Shown in pieces: positions 49,501-59,538 of a DNA stretch of 64,000 bases. Position 1 is the first letter of the stretch, and the number at the start of each line of letters is the position of its first letter. Source of the stretch: an uncultured Trueperaceae bacterium (GTDB taxonomy: Bacteria > Deinococcota > Deinococci > Deinococcales > Trueperaceae); the NCBI GenBank assembly GCA_963799485.1, contig CAWCXJ010000006.1:690189-754188 (forward strand). The letters are read 5' to 3'. A program made the position numbers and the translations under genes. The notes under the pieces are model-generated. The model did not search any database and was not told the origin of the DNA. It was given only the letters and a program-made list of their open reading frames with translations.

Positions 49501-52194
49501 ATGGTCGTGCCTATTCTAACCACCAAGCTCTACCGCCCCGCCCCACGCCCTCACGCGGTTCTTCGCCCGCGTTTGACGGAGCAGCTAAGCGCTGGGTTGC
49601 GTGGCAAACTGACCTTAGTGTGCGCCCCGGCAGGTTTCGGCAAGACTACCCTGGTAAGCGGCTGGCTGGCAGGCTGTGAGTCCGCCGCGTGGCTCTCTTT
49701 AGACGAGGGCGACAGCGAGCTGCTTCGTTTTCTGTCGCACCTAGTGGCAGCGTTGAGGACGGTTGAGCCTAGTCTAGGCGAAGAGGCGTCCGCGCTCCTA
49801 CGATCCGCTCAACCTCCGTCCACTAGAGCGACACTGACGCTCCTACTTAACGACCTCGCCACCCTTTCGGACCCCTTAACGCTCGTCCTCGATGACTATC
49901 ACATGATCGATAGCAGAGAGGTTGACGACGCACTCAGCTTTTTGTTGGCGCACCTTTCTCCTCAGCTCCACCTGGTGATAGCAACAAGAGAAGACCCGCA
50001 GCTCCCCTTAGCGCGTCTACGTGCGCGGGGCGAGCTAAACGAACTGCGGGCTCGAGACCTGCGCTTTACACGGGGCGAAACTGCCGATTTTTTCAGCCAG
50101 GCGTGGAATCTAACCCTCTCAGAACACGACCTCATTACCTTAGAGGCACGCACCGAGGGCTGGATCGCAGGGCTTCAACTTGCGGCGCTCTCGGTGCAGG
50201 GTCGAGACGACAGTTCCGAATTTTTAGCGTCGTTCGCAGGGAACAATCGCTACGTTGCGGACTACCTCGTCGAAGAGGTTTTGGAGCGCCAAGACGAAGC
50301 CGTGAAGCGGTTCTTGCTCGAGACCTCCATCTTAGAGCGGCTTTGCGGTTCCCTATGCTACGCCGTCACGGGGCGAGAGGACGCTCAGGGGCTGCTCGAG
50401 ACCCTGGAACGAAGCAACCTCTTCCTCGTCCCACTCGACGACGAGCGCCGCTGGTACCGCTATCACCACCTCTTCGCCGACCTGCTGAAAGCGCGGTTGC
50501 TGGCGCAACGAGGACGCGCCGCCGAGCTGCACACGCGCTCGAGCAGGTGGTTTGAAGAGAACGGCTCACCCGCCGACGCGATCCGCCACGCCTTCGCCGC
50601 CGGGGACACGGAGCGAGCAGCGGCGCTCATCGAGCTGACCTGGGCGCAGATGGACCGTAGCTTACAGTCGGTCACGTGGCTAGGTTGGTTTGAAGGGTTG
50701 CCGCCCGACCTGGTGCGTCGCAGACCGCTGCTGCGCCTCGGGCACGCCTGGGCGATTCTCAACGGCGGCGAGCTGGAGGCTGCCGAGCGGGAGCTGGACG
50801 ACCTCGAGCGCTGGCTGGGCACTCTGAGTGACCCCTTACCGGGGGACGTGGTCGTGGTGGACGAGGCGCAGTTCGGGGGGTTGCCTGCGGCTCTGGCGCA
50901 AGCCAGAGCCTACCTAGCGCAGTGCCGGGGCGACCTGGCAGGAGCCGAGCGCCACACCCGCCGGATGCTCGAGCTGCTGAGCGAGGACGACACCTTCGGG
51001 CGGGGCGCAGGGGTATCCATGCTGGCGCTGACGCAGTGGGGGCAGGGCGACTTGGCGAACGCCTACGAAACCTTTGAAGGTGCGACTCCCCTGCTGGCGC
51101 AGGCAGATGACGGCTTCTGGGAGGTGGTCTCGCCCCTCTTCCTCGCCGACATCCGGCGGGAGCAAGGACGCTTGGGTGACGCGGAGGCGCTCTATACGCG
51201 GGCGCTTGACCTAGCGAAGACCCGGGACGACGGACCCCTGCCGGGCGTCCGCGAGCTGTGCGCTGGGCTAAGCGAGGTGAGGCTCGAGCGGGGCGACCTC
51301 GCCGGGGCGCGGCAGCTCCTCCAGAGCGCGAAGGCGCTGGGCGAGCGGGCCGTTCTACCCGGCAACGCGCACCGCTGGCACCTCGCGGCGGCGCGGCTCG
51401 CGGAAGCTGAGGGCGACCCGGCGGGCGCACACAAACAGTTGGACCTCGCCGAGGAGCGTTACCTCCGCAGCCCCGTCCCAGACGCGCGACCTGTCGCGGC
51501 GCGGCGGGCGCAGCTTTGGCTCCGGGAAGGACGCCTAGACAAGGCGAGAGCTTGGGCGCGTGACCTCTTTGCTCGAGACAGCTCGAGCGAACTCACCTAC
51601 GTTGGCGAATTCACCCAATTCACCCTCGCGCGGCTCCACCTTGCGGAAGGGGACGCCAAACGTGCCCTGAACCTCTTGGCGCGGTCTCTCGCAGCGGCGG
51701 AGGCGGGCGGGCGAAGCCTCAGCGTGATCGAGGGCTCGGTCCTGCAAGCTCGAGCGCAAGGGGCGCAAGGAAACAGCGCAGCCGCACATCAATCGCTGCA
51801 ACGCGCTCTGACACTAGCCGTGCCGGAAGGCTACTTGCAGACCTTCGTGAGTGAGGGACCGACGCTGGCTAAGCTGCTCTCGGAGCTTGCACCCGCGAAC
51901 CTAACCGAAGCTCAAAGCGAGCACGTGAACATCCTCCTCAGCGCGTTCGAAACGGGTGAGCCGAGGACGCAAGAGGTTGTTGTAAAGCGCGACCTCCTTA
52001 TAGAACCCTTGAGCGAGCGCGAACTGGAAGTCTTGCGGCTGGTCGCTCAAGGTCACTCCAACCGCGACATCGCCAAGAAAATTTACCGCGCCCTCGATAC
52101 GGTCAAGGGACACAACCGCCGTATCTATGGCAAGCTGGGGGTCAAAAGTCGCACCGAAGCAGTCGCGAAGGCGCGGGAGCTGGACCTGCTCTAG
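49501..52194 (+). CDS. MalT-like (STAND NTPase-TPR-LuxR HTH) transcriptional regulator
   Basis: LTTKLYRP, APAGFGKTT, LVLDDYH, TEGWIAGLQL, WYRYHHLF, C-terminal LSERELEVL HTH. Confidence 0.93.
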   Translation: MVVPILTTKLYRPAPRPHAVLRPRLTEQLSAGLRGKLTLVCAPAGFGKTTLVSGWLAGCESAAWLSLDEGDSELLRFLSHLVAALRTVEPSLGEEASALLRSAQPPSTRATLTLLLNDLATLSDPLTLVLDDYHMIDSREVDDALSFLLAHLSPQLHLVIATREDPQLPLARLRARGELNELRARDLRFTRGETADFFSQAWNLTLSEHDLITLEARTEGWIAGLQLAALSVQGRDDSSEFLASFAGNNRYVADYLVEEVLERQDEAVKRFLLETSILERLCGSLCYAVTGREDAQGLLETLERSNLFLVPLDDERRWYRYHHLFADLLKARLLAQRGRAAELHTRSSRWFEENGSPADAIRHAFAAGDTERAAALIELTWAQMDRSLQSVTWLGWFEGLPPDLVRRRPLLRLGHAWAILNGGELEAAERELDDLERWLGTLSDPLPGDVVVVDEAQFGGLPAALAQARAYLAQCRGDLAGAERHTRRMLELLSEDDTFGRGAGVSMLALTQWGQGDLANAYETFEGATPLLAQADDGFWEVVSPLFLADIRREQGRLGDAEALYTRALDLAKTRDDGPLPGVRELCAGLSEVRLERGDLAGARQLLQSAKALGERAVLPGNAHRWHLAAARLAEAEGDPAGAHKQLDLAEERYLRSPVPDARPVAARRAQLWLREGRLDKARAWARDLFARDSSSELTYVGEFTQFTLARLHLAEGDAKRALNLLARSLAAAEAGGRSLSVIEGSVLQARAQGAQGNSAAAHQSLQRALTLAVPEGYLQTFVSEGPTLAKLLSELAPANLTEAQSEHVNILLSAFETGEPRTQEVVVKRDLLIEPLSERELEVLRLVAQGHSNRDIAKKIYRALDTVKGHNRRIYGKLGVKSRTEAVAKARELDLL

Positions 52195-52230
52195 TCCTTC
52201 AAGAGAGTGTCCGAACCTCTCGCTATAAAG

Positions 52231-52290
52231 AACAACACCCCCTAATAACACCTTCGTGTCTACCCCTTGACACCCCCGCGCCGCTAGCTT
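52231..52290 (+). promoter_or_regulatory. Repeated ACACC boxes and leaderless -10 upstream of the DUF4386 cluster
   Basis: AACAACACC (52231), AATAACACC (52244), TTGACACC (52267), then TAGCTT-N6-ATG. Confidence 0.5.
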
Positions 52291-52296
52291 AGAGCT

Positions 52297-52563
52297 ATGC
52301 AGAGCGCGACCAACCTAAACGCGAACAGTCACGACGCCGACACCTATTGCATCCGGGTGCGAGGCCAGTTCAGCGCGCCCGTGGGCGAGTGGCTAGGGGA
52401 AGCGACGCTCGAGCCAGACGGTCCCGACACGCTGCTGTTCGTCAGCTTGCCTGACCAGGCGGCGCTGTTCGGGCTCTTGAGGAAGGTCCGTGATTTGGGT
52501 CTGCCCCTTATCTCAGTGAGGCGGCTTGGAGAGGAGGGTTGCGATGAACGCCTGAGCCAATAA
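52297..52563 (+). CDS. Small conserved hypothetical protein (ACT-like), MalT-associated
   Basis: YCIRVRG...LPDQAALFGLLRKVRDLGLPLISV pattern. Confidence 0.8.
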   Translation: MQSATNLNANSHDADTYCIRVRGQFSAPVGEWLGEATLEPDGPDTLLFVSLPDQAALFGLLRKVRDLGLPLISVRRLGEEGCDERLSQ

Positions 52564-52635
52564 ACGTTCTGACGCTTTGCTCACTACAAGGTTTTGACGT
52601 GCGCCCTCAAGCTCGAGTTTTCTAAGGAGATCAAT

Positions 52636-53343
52636 ATGCAAACGCCAATTCAACCTGAACGTTTACAGAAGCTGGGCGGCCTAGCCGCGCTTCTACAAGC
52701 CGCGACGTTTATCGCGGGCTTTGCGCTCTACTTCGGCACGCTGGCAGCAGCAGATTATGGCAACTTAGGCGAGCCGGTCAGGAACGCGGGCTTTCTGCGC
52801 GAAAACGAAACCCTGATGTACGCCTGGTACTTCGTGATCTACGTGGTCTTCGGGCTGGCGCTCGTGCCGCTGACACTCGCTCTGCGGGCGCGGCTCACAG
52901 GCAGCCCCACGCTCTCACAACTGGCGGGCGTGTTCGGCTTCGTCTGGGCAGGACTGGTCATCGCCAGCGGCATGGTCGCCAACGTCGGCGGGCGTGTTGT
53001 CAGCGACCTTTACGCACAAAGCCCGGAGACCGCCGGGGCGGTGTGGCTGAATTTGCAGGTCGTCATCGACGGGCTGGGCGGCGGCAATGAGATCGTGGGC
53101 GGGGTCTGGCTGGTGCTGGTGAGCTTGGCGGCCTTCGCTGTAAATCGCTTACCTAAAGCGCTCAACCTCTTGGGGCTGCTGGTCGGGGCGGCAGGCGTTC
53201 TTACCGCATTCCCACCTCTAAGCGAAATCGGCGGCAGCGTGTTCGGGCTGGGGCTCATCGTTTGGTTCGTCTGGGTAGGCGCGGTGCTTCTGCGGTCGCC
53301 TGCATCCGCGACCCGCCTGCAAGCCGAAAGGCGCTACGCCTAA
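52636..53343 (+). CDS. DUF4386 family membrane protein
   Basis: LQKLGGLAAL, ASGMV, GLGGGNEIVGGVW, GLIVWFVWVG motifs; AAGGAG RBS. Confidence 0.8.
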   Translation: MQTPIQPERLQKLGGLAALLQAATFIAGFALYFGTLAAADYGNLGEPVRNAGFLRENETLMYAWYFVIYVVFGLALVPLTLALRARLTGSPTLSQLAGVFGFVWAGLVIASGMVANVGGRVVSDLYAQSPETAGAVWLNLQVVIDGLGGGNEIVGGVWLVLVSLAAFAVNRLPKALNLLGLLVGAAGVLTAFPPLSEIGGSVFGLGLIVWFVWVGAVLLRSPASATRLQAERRYA

Positions 53344-53726
53344 TGGCGGCGCTGCTGTCTTGGGTAACGCTGGCGCTGCTGTCCTACCTGATCCTGTTCC
53401 AACTCGCGCTGGCTGCGGGTGCGCCCCTGGGACGAGCAGCCTGGGGCGGAGCCCACCGCGTGCTGCCCGCTCGCCTGCGCTGGGGCAGCCTGGTCTCGGC
53501 TCTGGTCGTCGGTCTAGGACTTCTTCTCGTCGCTGAGCACGCCGGTCATCTCACGCTTTTAGGGCAGCCTGCACGGGTGAGCGCTGGGCTATTCGTGCTG
53601 ACACTGCTCTTCGGGCTCAGCACGGTAGCGAACCTCTTTAGCTCGAGCCCCTGGGAGCGCCTCCAGGGAGTTCCCGTGGCGCTCCTGCTGTCGCTGGGCT
53701 GCGCTTACCTGGCGCTGGTTGGTTGA
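53343..53726 (+). CDS. Small multi-TM hypothetical protein
   Basis: FQLALAAGAPLGRAAWGG.H.VLP..LR motif; coupled to the upstream gene through TAATG. Confidence 0.78.
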   Translation: MAALLSWVTLALLSYLILFQLALAAGAPLGRAAWGGAHRVLPARLRWGSLVSALVVGLGLLLVAEHAGHLTLLGQPARVSAGLFVLTLLFGLSTVANLFSSSPWERLQGVPVALLLSLGCAYLALVG

Positions 53727-53759
53727 GAGGTTGGACATATTGGACATGGAGGTGACGGC

Positions 53760-53925
53760 GTGACCTTCTCCAGACTCGGCTTTTGGACCGGACTTTGCAG
53801 CGGTGTGAGCGCTGCGCTCGGCGCGACGCAGCTTCTGGCAAGGACTCATTACAGGGCTGGTAATGGGCTTGGTGGTGAGTCGGCTCGAGGCAGAAGGCCT
53901 TGAGGCTGAAGGCAGGGTGTGTTGA
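53760..53925 (+). pseudogene. Frameshifted small glycine-rich membrane peptide
   Basis: GGAGG RBS and GTG start: MTFSRLGFWTGLCSGVSAALGAT, continuing in another frame as FWQGLITGLVMGLVVSRLE. Confidence 0.4.
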
Positions 53926-53966
53926 AAAGTTAGCGCTAGAAAACTACCGGAAAGGAACTAAGAAGT

Positions 53967-54698
53967 ATGACCTACACAAATCAAAACCGCCTCGCTAGAA
54001 CCGCTGGTTTTGCCTGGCTCGTGATTATCGCAGCGGGTGTGTTCGCCGAATTTTATGTGCGCGGTTCGCTCATTGTAGCGGGTGACGCGGGCGCGACTGC
54101 AGCGAACATACGAACCGCCGAGGGGCTATTCCGGCTCGGCATCGTGGGCGACCTCATCATGCTCGTCGCCGACATAAGCGCAGCTCTGCTCCTTTACTGG
54201 CTGCTCCGACCCGTCAACCGGGGCTTGGCGCAACTTGCGGCGCTCTTCAGGTTGCTCCAAGCCGCCCTCATAGGCGCGAACCTCCACTACCTCGTGGACG
54301 CTTTGCAACTCCTCACCGGCTCTGGGGCAGGACTCAGCGACGCCGCGCGGCAGGCGTTGGCGCTGGGGGCGCTGGGGGCGCAGTCCGTCGGCTACGACCT
54401 CGGACTGGTCTTTTTCGCCTTCGCGCTCTTCACCCTCGGCACCCTGTTTTTCAAATCGAGATATGTCCCCCGAATTTTCGCCCTCCTGTTAGCCCTGGGC
54501 GGCGTGGTCTATCTGACGGGGTCACTTGTAGCCACCCTCGCACCTGTCCACGTGGGAATGCTCGAGCCCGCCTACCTCGTCCCTTTCTTTGCGGAGTTGG
54601 CGACTGCTTTGTGGCTCCTTGTGCGAGATGTCAACGTTCGAAAGAGAGACGGACGTACCTCCACATCCTCCCAATTGAGAACCGCCCAAAGAGCGTAG
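53967..54698 (+). CDS. DUF4386 family membrane protein
   Basis: ARTAG..., GDAGATAANI...LFRLGI, KSRYVPR, AELATALWLL motifs. Confidence 0.85.
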   Translation: MTYTNQNRLARTAGFAWLVIIAAGVFAEFYVRGSLIVAGDAGATAANIRTAEGLFRLGIVGDLIMLVADISAALLLYWLLRPVNRGLAQLAALFRLLQAALIGANLHYLVDALQLLTGSGAGLSDAARQALALGALGAQSVGYDLGLVFFAFALFTLGTLFFKSRYVPRIFALLLALGGVVYLTGSLVATLAPVHVGMLEPAYLVPFFAELATALWLLVRDVNVRKRDGRTSTSSQLRTAQRA

Positions 54699-54763
54699 GC
54701 ACTTCGTTCTCAAGAGGCTCTGAGTGATTCGCCCGACAGAGTATTTCAAAAAGGAGACCCATC

Positions 54764-55477
54764 ATGACTAAAGAAACCAACCCTAATACAACTGCAAGAA
54801 TCGCGGGCACACTGTACCTCCTGCTCGCTGTTTTTGGCGCTTTCAGCATCCTCTACGTGCCTTCAGTGCTTATCGTAGATGGCGACCCGGTTACGAGCAT
54901 TCGTAACATCCTCGAGTCTGAGACACTGTTTCGGCTCGGCATCTTCGGAGCCCTGGTTACCCAAGTCGTGCAAATCGCCACCGTTCTTTATTTGTACAAG
55001 GTTTTGAAGCCTGTGGATAAAAACCAGGCTCGCTTGATGGTCCTTTTTGTGTTGCTGGCTGTACCGATTGCCATGCTCAACGAACTCACCTACGCGGCTA
55101 TTCCTTTACTTTTGAACAGCTCTGATTATGTAGCCGCGTTTACCCCCGCACAAATCAACACGCTCGTCCCGCTGTTGCTCGATTTGCACGAACACGGCAC
55201 CATGATCGCCCACATCTTCTGGGGTTTGTGGCTTTTCCCGATGGGCTATCTCGTTTTTCGGTCGGCTTACCTTCCCAAACTCATCGGGCTGCTGCTCATG
55301 ATCGGCTGCTTCGGCTATCTCACCGACACCTTGACGTTTTTTCTGATGCCTAGTTTTGGGGTAACGGTCAGCGAGTACACGTTTGTTGGCGAACTCCTTT
55401 TGCCGCTGTGGCTCGTGTTTAGAGGCGTCAACGTTGAGCAGTGGCAAAAACGAGCGTTTGTGGCGGCGCGAGCTTAA
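54764..55477 (+). CDS. DUF4386 family membrane protein
   Basis: ARIAGTLYL, LFRLGI, IFWGLWLFPMGYL, GELLLPLWLVFRG motifs. Confidence 0.87.
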   Translation: MTKETNPNTTARIAGTLYLLLAVFGAFSILYVPSVLIVDGDPVTSIRNILESETLFRLGIFGALVTQVVQIATVLYLYKVLKPVDKNQARLMVLFVLLAVPIAMLNELTYAAIPLLLNSSDYVAAFTPAQINTLVPLLLDLHEHGTMIAHIFWGLWLFPMGYLVFRSAYLPKLIGLLLMIGCFGYLTDTLTFFLMPSFGVTVSEYTFVGELLLPLWLVFRGVNVEQWQKRAFVAARA

Positions 55478-55487
55478 GGAGCTTACT

Positions 55488-55685
55488 ATGCACGTCAACC
55501 TTTGGACCTTTTTAACGGCTGCTGTCATCTTTGGCTCGCTGTTCCTCATGGTACTTGTCTTCGTAACGCACAGGAAAACCATGAAAGAACTGGACATCGA
55601 AGCCCTAAAGATTAAAAGCGCACGGTTACAAGCTGGGATCGACGAGCCTGTTTACAGCAGATCAAACGCCGCCCCACACGGCTGA
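55488..55685 (+). CDS. Small single-TM hypothetical protein
   Basis: AAGGAG RBS; MHVNLWTFLTAAVIFGSLFLMVLVFV followed by a charged tail. Confidence 0.6.
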   Translation: MHVNLWTFLTAAVIFGSLFLMVLVFVTHRKTMKELDIEALKIKSARLQAGIDEPVYSRSNAAPHG

Positions 55686-55710
55686 GCCTTACGCACAAAG
55701 AGGAGGAAAA

Positions 55711-56742
55711 ATGAAAGCTATTGTTTGTCCCACTTACGGTTCCCCCGACGTCCTCAGCTTCCGAGACATTACCAAACCCAGCCCTAAAGAAAACGAAGTC
55801 CTCGTTAAGGTTCATGCGGCTAGCGTCAATGCTGGTGACTGGCACCTGATGCGAGCTGACCCCTTCTTGATACGCCTGATATTCGGCTTGACCAAACCCA
55901 AACAGCCCATTCTAGGCGGTAACTTCGCAGGGGAGATTGAAGCGGTCGGTAAGAACGTAACGCGGTTTCAGGTGGGCGATGAGGTCTTTGGTGCAAGCCC
56001 AAACTTTGGTGCTTTTGCTGAATATGTTGCTGTACCCGAAAACGCCATCGTCTTAAAACCCGCCAATGTGAGTTTTGAGCAGGCTGCGGCTGTGCCTACA
56101 GCGGCGATGACAGCTTTACAGGGTTTGCGCGACCACGGCAAAATCCAGGCAGGACACCAGGTTTTGATCAACGGCGCGTCGGGCGGTGTCGGCTCATTTG
56201 CAGTGCAGATCGCCAAGGCGCTCGGGGCCGAGGTGACAGGCGTATGTAGCACTAGCAAGCTAGACATGGTGCGTTCGCTTGGCGCTGACCACGTGATTGA
56301 CTATAAGAAAGAAGACTTCACGCGAAACGGGCAGCAGTACGACCTCATTCTGGGTGTGGGCGGCTATCACCCGCTCGCCGCTTACAAACGTGCCCTTAAA
56401 CCCAAGGGCACTTATGTGATGACGGGTGGGGACGGCAAGCAGATGTTTGACGCCATGTTCTTTGGCCCTCTTATATCAATGAATAGCAGTAAAACAATCA
56501 CCAACTTCATTCAGAAGATAAGCCAGGAGGATTTGCTGTTTCTAAAGGAACTCATGGAACACGGCAAGCTTAGCCCTGTCATCGACAAAAGCTATCCCCT
56601 TGCTGATGTGCCTAAAGCCATCGCTTTCCTTGAGAGCGGAAAAACCAAGGGAAAGCTTGTTATCAAAGTTGAGCCCACAGCGGCTCCAGCTTTCACCGAG
56701 CTAAATGCTGCAAACGCGCAGGTCTCGCACCCAACGCTGTGA
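55711..56742 (+). CDS. NAD(P)-dependent MDR-family oxidoreductase (quinone-reductase-like)
   Basis: YGSPDVL, VHAASVN, INGASGGVGSFAVQIAK, GKLVI motifs. Confidence 0.92.
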   Translation: MKAIVCPTYGSPDVLSFRDITKPSPKENEVLVKVHAASVNAGDWHLMRADPFLIRLIFGLTKPKQPILGGNFAGEIEAVGKNVTRFQVGDEVFGASPNFGAFAEYVAVPENAIVLKPANVSFEQAAAVPTAAMTALQGLRDHGKIQAGHQVLINGASGGVGSFAVQIAKALGAEVTGVCSTSKLDMVRSLGADHVIDYKKEDFTRNGQQYDLILGVGGYHPLAAYKRALKPKGTYVMTGGDGKQMFDAMFFGPLISMNSSKTITNFIQKISQEDLLFLKELMEHGKLSPVIDKSYPLADVPKAIAFLESGKTKGKLVIKVEPTAAPAFTELNAANAQVSHPTL

Positions 56743-56832
56743 ATTCATTTTTAAGCTCATCACAGAGGTTCGCAAATGGCCGACGCACTCAGTTATCGAG
56801 CAAGCCTTGAAGTAAAACTGGCAGGAGATGAA

Positions 56833-57774
56833 ATGTTTAATCCGAGCGATTTTCCCAAGCCCACGCTCGTTTCAGTCAACGGTGTGGAACTCGAGGTCTT
56901 TGAAGTAGGTCGAGAACAAAGAAACCCTATCGTACTCTGTCACGGCTGGCCGGAGCACGCCTTCTCTTGGCGGCATCAAATGCCTGCCTTTGCTGCGGCG
57001 GGCTACCACGTCATCGTCCCGAATCAACGGGGTTACGGCAACTCATCCTGTCCGACTGAAGTCACGGACTACGACATCGAACACTTAGCGGGTGATCTCG
57101 TCGCGCTTCTCGACCACTACGGATACGAAGATGCCACTTTTGTCGGTCATGATTGGGGTGCAATGGTCGTTTGGGGGCTGACCTTATTGCATCCAAACTG
57201 CGTCAACAAGGTGATCAATCTGAGCGTGCCTTACCAAGAGCGCGGAGAAAAACTTTGGATCGAGTGGATGGAAGAGCTATTTGGTGGCGACTACTATTTC
57301 GCCCACTTCAACCGATAGCCAGGCGTCGCAGACGCCGTACTCGAAGCAAATACATCCCATTTCCTTCGCAATATGTTCCGCAAGAACGTGTCCCCTGCAC
57401 CGCCTGAGCCGGGCATGATGATGATCAATCTTGCCAGAGTAGAAGCACCACTCGGCGAGCCCCTATTAAGCGACAGCGAACTGGCCGTGTTCGTCTCCGC
57501 CTTTGAAGCAACAGGGTTCACAAACCGTATCAATTGGTACAGAAACCTCGACCGCAACTGGCACCTGCTAGCGGACGTGGACCCGATCATTCAACAGCCC
57601 ACACTCATGATCTATGGCGACCGGGATGTGATCCCGAAGTCTGAGAAATTGACAGAGTTCGTGCCCAAAGCGGAAGTGGCCAGTCTGGACTGCGGTCATT
57701 GGATCCAGCAAGAAAAGCCGGAAGAAACGAACCAAGCGATTCTAAGGTGGCTGGAACAGCAAGGTAGTACCTAA
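56833..57774 (+). pseudogene. Epoxide-hydrolase-like alpha/beta hydrolase with in-frame TAG at 57316-57318
   Basis: HGWPE, GHDWGA, NWYRN, CGHWIQQE motifs; both ORFs are in one frame (FNR*PGVAD). Confidence 0.87.
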
Positions 57775-58221
57775 ACCTAAGCGCGCTTCGGGGTTGTTGA
57801 CCCATATCCCCAAAACGCGCTACCCCAGAAATCCAATAGCTTCTGTTAAAAGTCTTATGCACCGCTTCAAAGCGCTAAGTACCTCCAACCTGAAACTAAA
57901 GGATGACAGCATTTAGGAGTGTAAGGGCGGCGAAGACAGCCTCTTTGAGATGATTGAGGGAAGCGTATAAGCGTCTAGGCAGGAGAAAGCCTTTGAGGAG
58001 ACGCCAAAGTGTTTCGATAGGATTTAACTGGGGCGAGTAAGGGGGTAGGTAACGAAGAAACAAGCCTTGTTGTTGCCAGCTGTGTTCTTTAGCCTTGATG
58101 TTTTTAGCTTTGTGAAAGCGAGCATTATCAAGCACGACGACAGTGAGACCTTCGGGATCGGCTCGTTCGGCCAGCCTGTCGAGAAACGCCTCGACCTTAC
58201 GAGCATCACAGCCACCCTCCA

Positions 58222-59538
58222 GAGGGTATCAGGAATTTTGTGTACCCAACTTATCGAGCAGTCTAGCACCGAAGAGCTGAGCAAACCAGTTGAGCGCCTT
58301 TTTCCAATCCCGGATCGGCATGGTCCATTTCTTTGACGCTTGCATAATTGCCAGGTAGAGCACCTTTCTCAGGGCATCTTCGGTAGGGAACGCACCCCTG
58401 GTCTTAAGCGGTTTTTTAAGACTGTAGTTAAACGACTCGATCACATTGGTGGTGTAGATTGCCCGGCGGATGTCGGCAGGGTAGTCGAAGATCGGGATGA
58501 TGTGATCCCAGTTTCTGCGCCACAGCTGGGCGATGGTCGGATAGCTGTCTCGGTAGGTTTGCTCGAAGACCTCAAGTGCGTCTCGGGCCTGTTCTTCGTT
58601 GGCTGCCGTATAGATGGCCTTGAGGTCGCGGGCTACCGTTTTACGCTTACCCCAGGGCACAAACGTCAGGCTGTTGCGGATGAGGTGAACGATGCAGAGC
58701 TGCACCTGGGAATGCGGATAAACCTGTTCGATGGCGTCAGGAAAGCCTTTAAGCCCATCGACGCAGAAGATGAATACATCGCCTAAGCCGCGCTGCTTGA
58801 GTTCGCTCAACACCGAAAGCCAGAACTTGGCTCCCTCTTTTTGGTCTTTGCCGACCCACATCCCCAAAACTTCCTTAAGTCCTTGCAGGTTGATGGCAAT
58901 CGCCAGATAGACGGCCTGTGTCCTAACCACCCCCTCAACCCTGAGTTTGACGAAGATGCAGTCGAGATAGACCACCGGATAAAGCGCATCCAGCGGGCGC
59001 TGTTGCCACAACTTGACCTCGGCCAGCACCGCTTCGGTAACTTCGCTAATGAGCGTGGGGCTCACCTCGACCTCGTAAAGCTCCTTAAGCTCAGCTTGGA
59101 TGTCCCGAGTGCTCAGGCCGCGAGCGTAGAGCGACAAGATGCGTTCATCAAGTCCGGCGAGGCGGCGTTGATGTTTCTTGACCAGTTGCGGCTCGAAGTT
59201 TCCCTGACGATCTCGGGGGATGTCGAGGTCTACCTGACCCAGTTCACCCTTGAGCGTTTTCTTACTCGATCCGTTGCGGACGTTGCCCTCAGGATTGATC
59301 ACCACCTCACCTGGTTCATGGCCTAAATGCTCGGTGAGTTCCGTTTCTAACACCCGCTCGATCAGCTGCTTGCTCAACTGCCGCAGTACCCCGGTGAGAT
59401 CGCGTTCGCTGTCGACTCCTCGTAAAAGGTCATCGAGTATCTTGGCATCGATGCGTGATTCTGTCTTCGCCATCTTGCGTCTCCTTCCTCAGCCTTATCT
59501 TGGCTGATTCCGTTGAACACAAAATTCAGGATACCCTC
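58222..59538 (-). mobile_element. IS256 family element
   Basis: IRs GAGGGTATC(AG/CT)GAATTTTGTGT; 7-bp duplication CCCTCCA (58215-58221, 59539-59545). Confidence 0.93.
58229..59473 (-). CDS. IS256 transposase (intact)
   Basis: PRDRQGNFEP, VYLDCI, VDGLKG, QLCIVH, YTTNVIES motifs. Confidence 0.95.
   Translation of the reverse strand: MAKTESRIDAKILDDLLRGVDSERDLTGVLRQLSKQLIERVLETELTEHLGHEPGEVVINPEGNVRNGSSKKTLKGELGQVDLDIPRDRQGNFEPQLVKKHQRRLAGLDERILSLYARGLSTRDIQAELKELYEVEVSPTLISEVTEAVLAEVKLWQQRPLDALYPVVYLDCIFVKLRVEGVVRTQAVYLAIAINLQGLKEVLGMWVGKDQKEGAKFWLSVLSELKQRGLGDVFIFCVDGLKGFPDAIEQVYPHSQVQLCIVHLIRNSLTFVPWGKRKTVARDLKAIYTAANEEQARDALEVFEQTYRDSYPTIAQLWRRNWDHIIPIFDYPADIRRAIYTTNVIESFNYSLKKPLKTRGAFPTEDALRKVLYLAIMQASKKWTMPIRDWKKALNWFAQLFGARLLDKLGTQNS

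Noticed and set aside
25897..57318. TAG recoding (pyrrolysine or alternative genetic code)
   Set aside because: The two TAGs appear to replace different residues (Trp, Gln), and TAG is the normal stop of many intact genes here.
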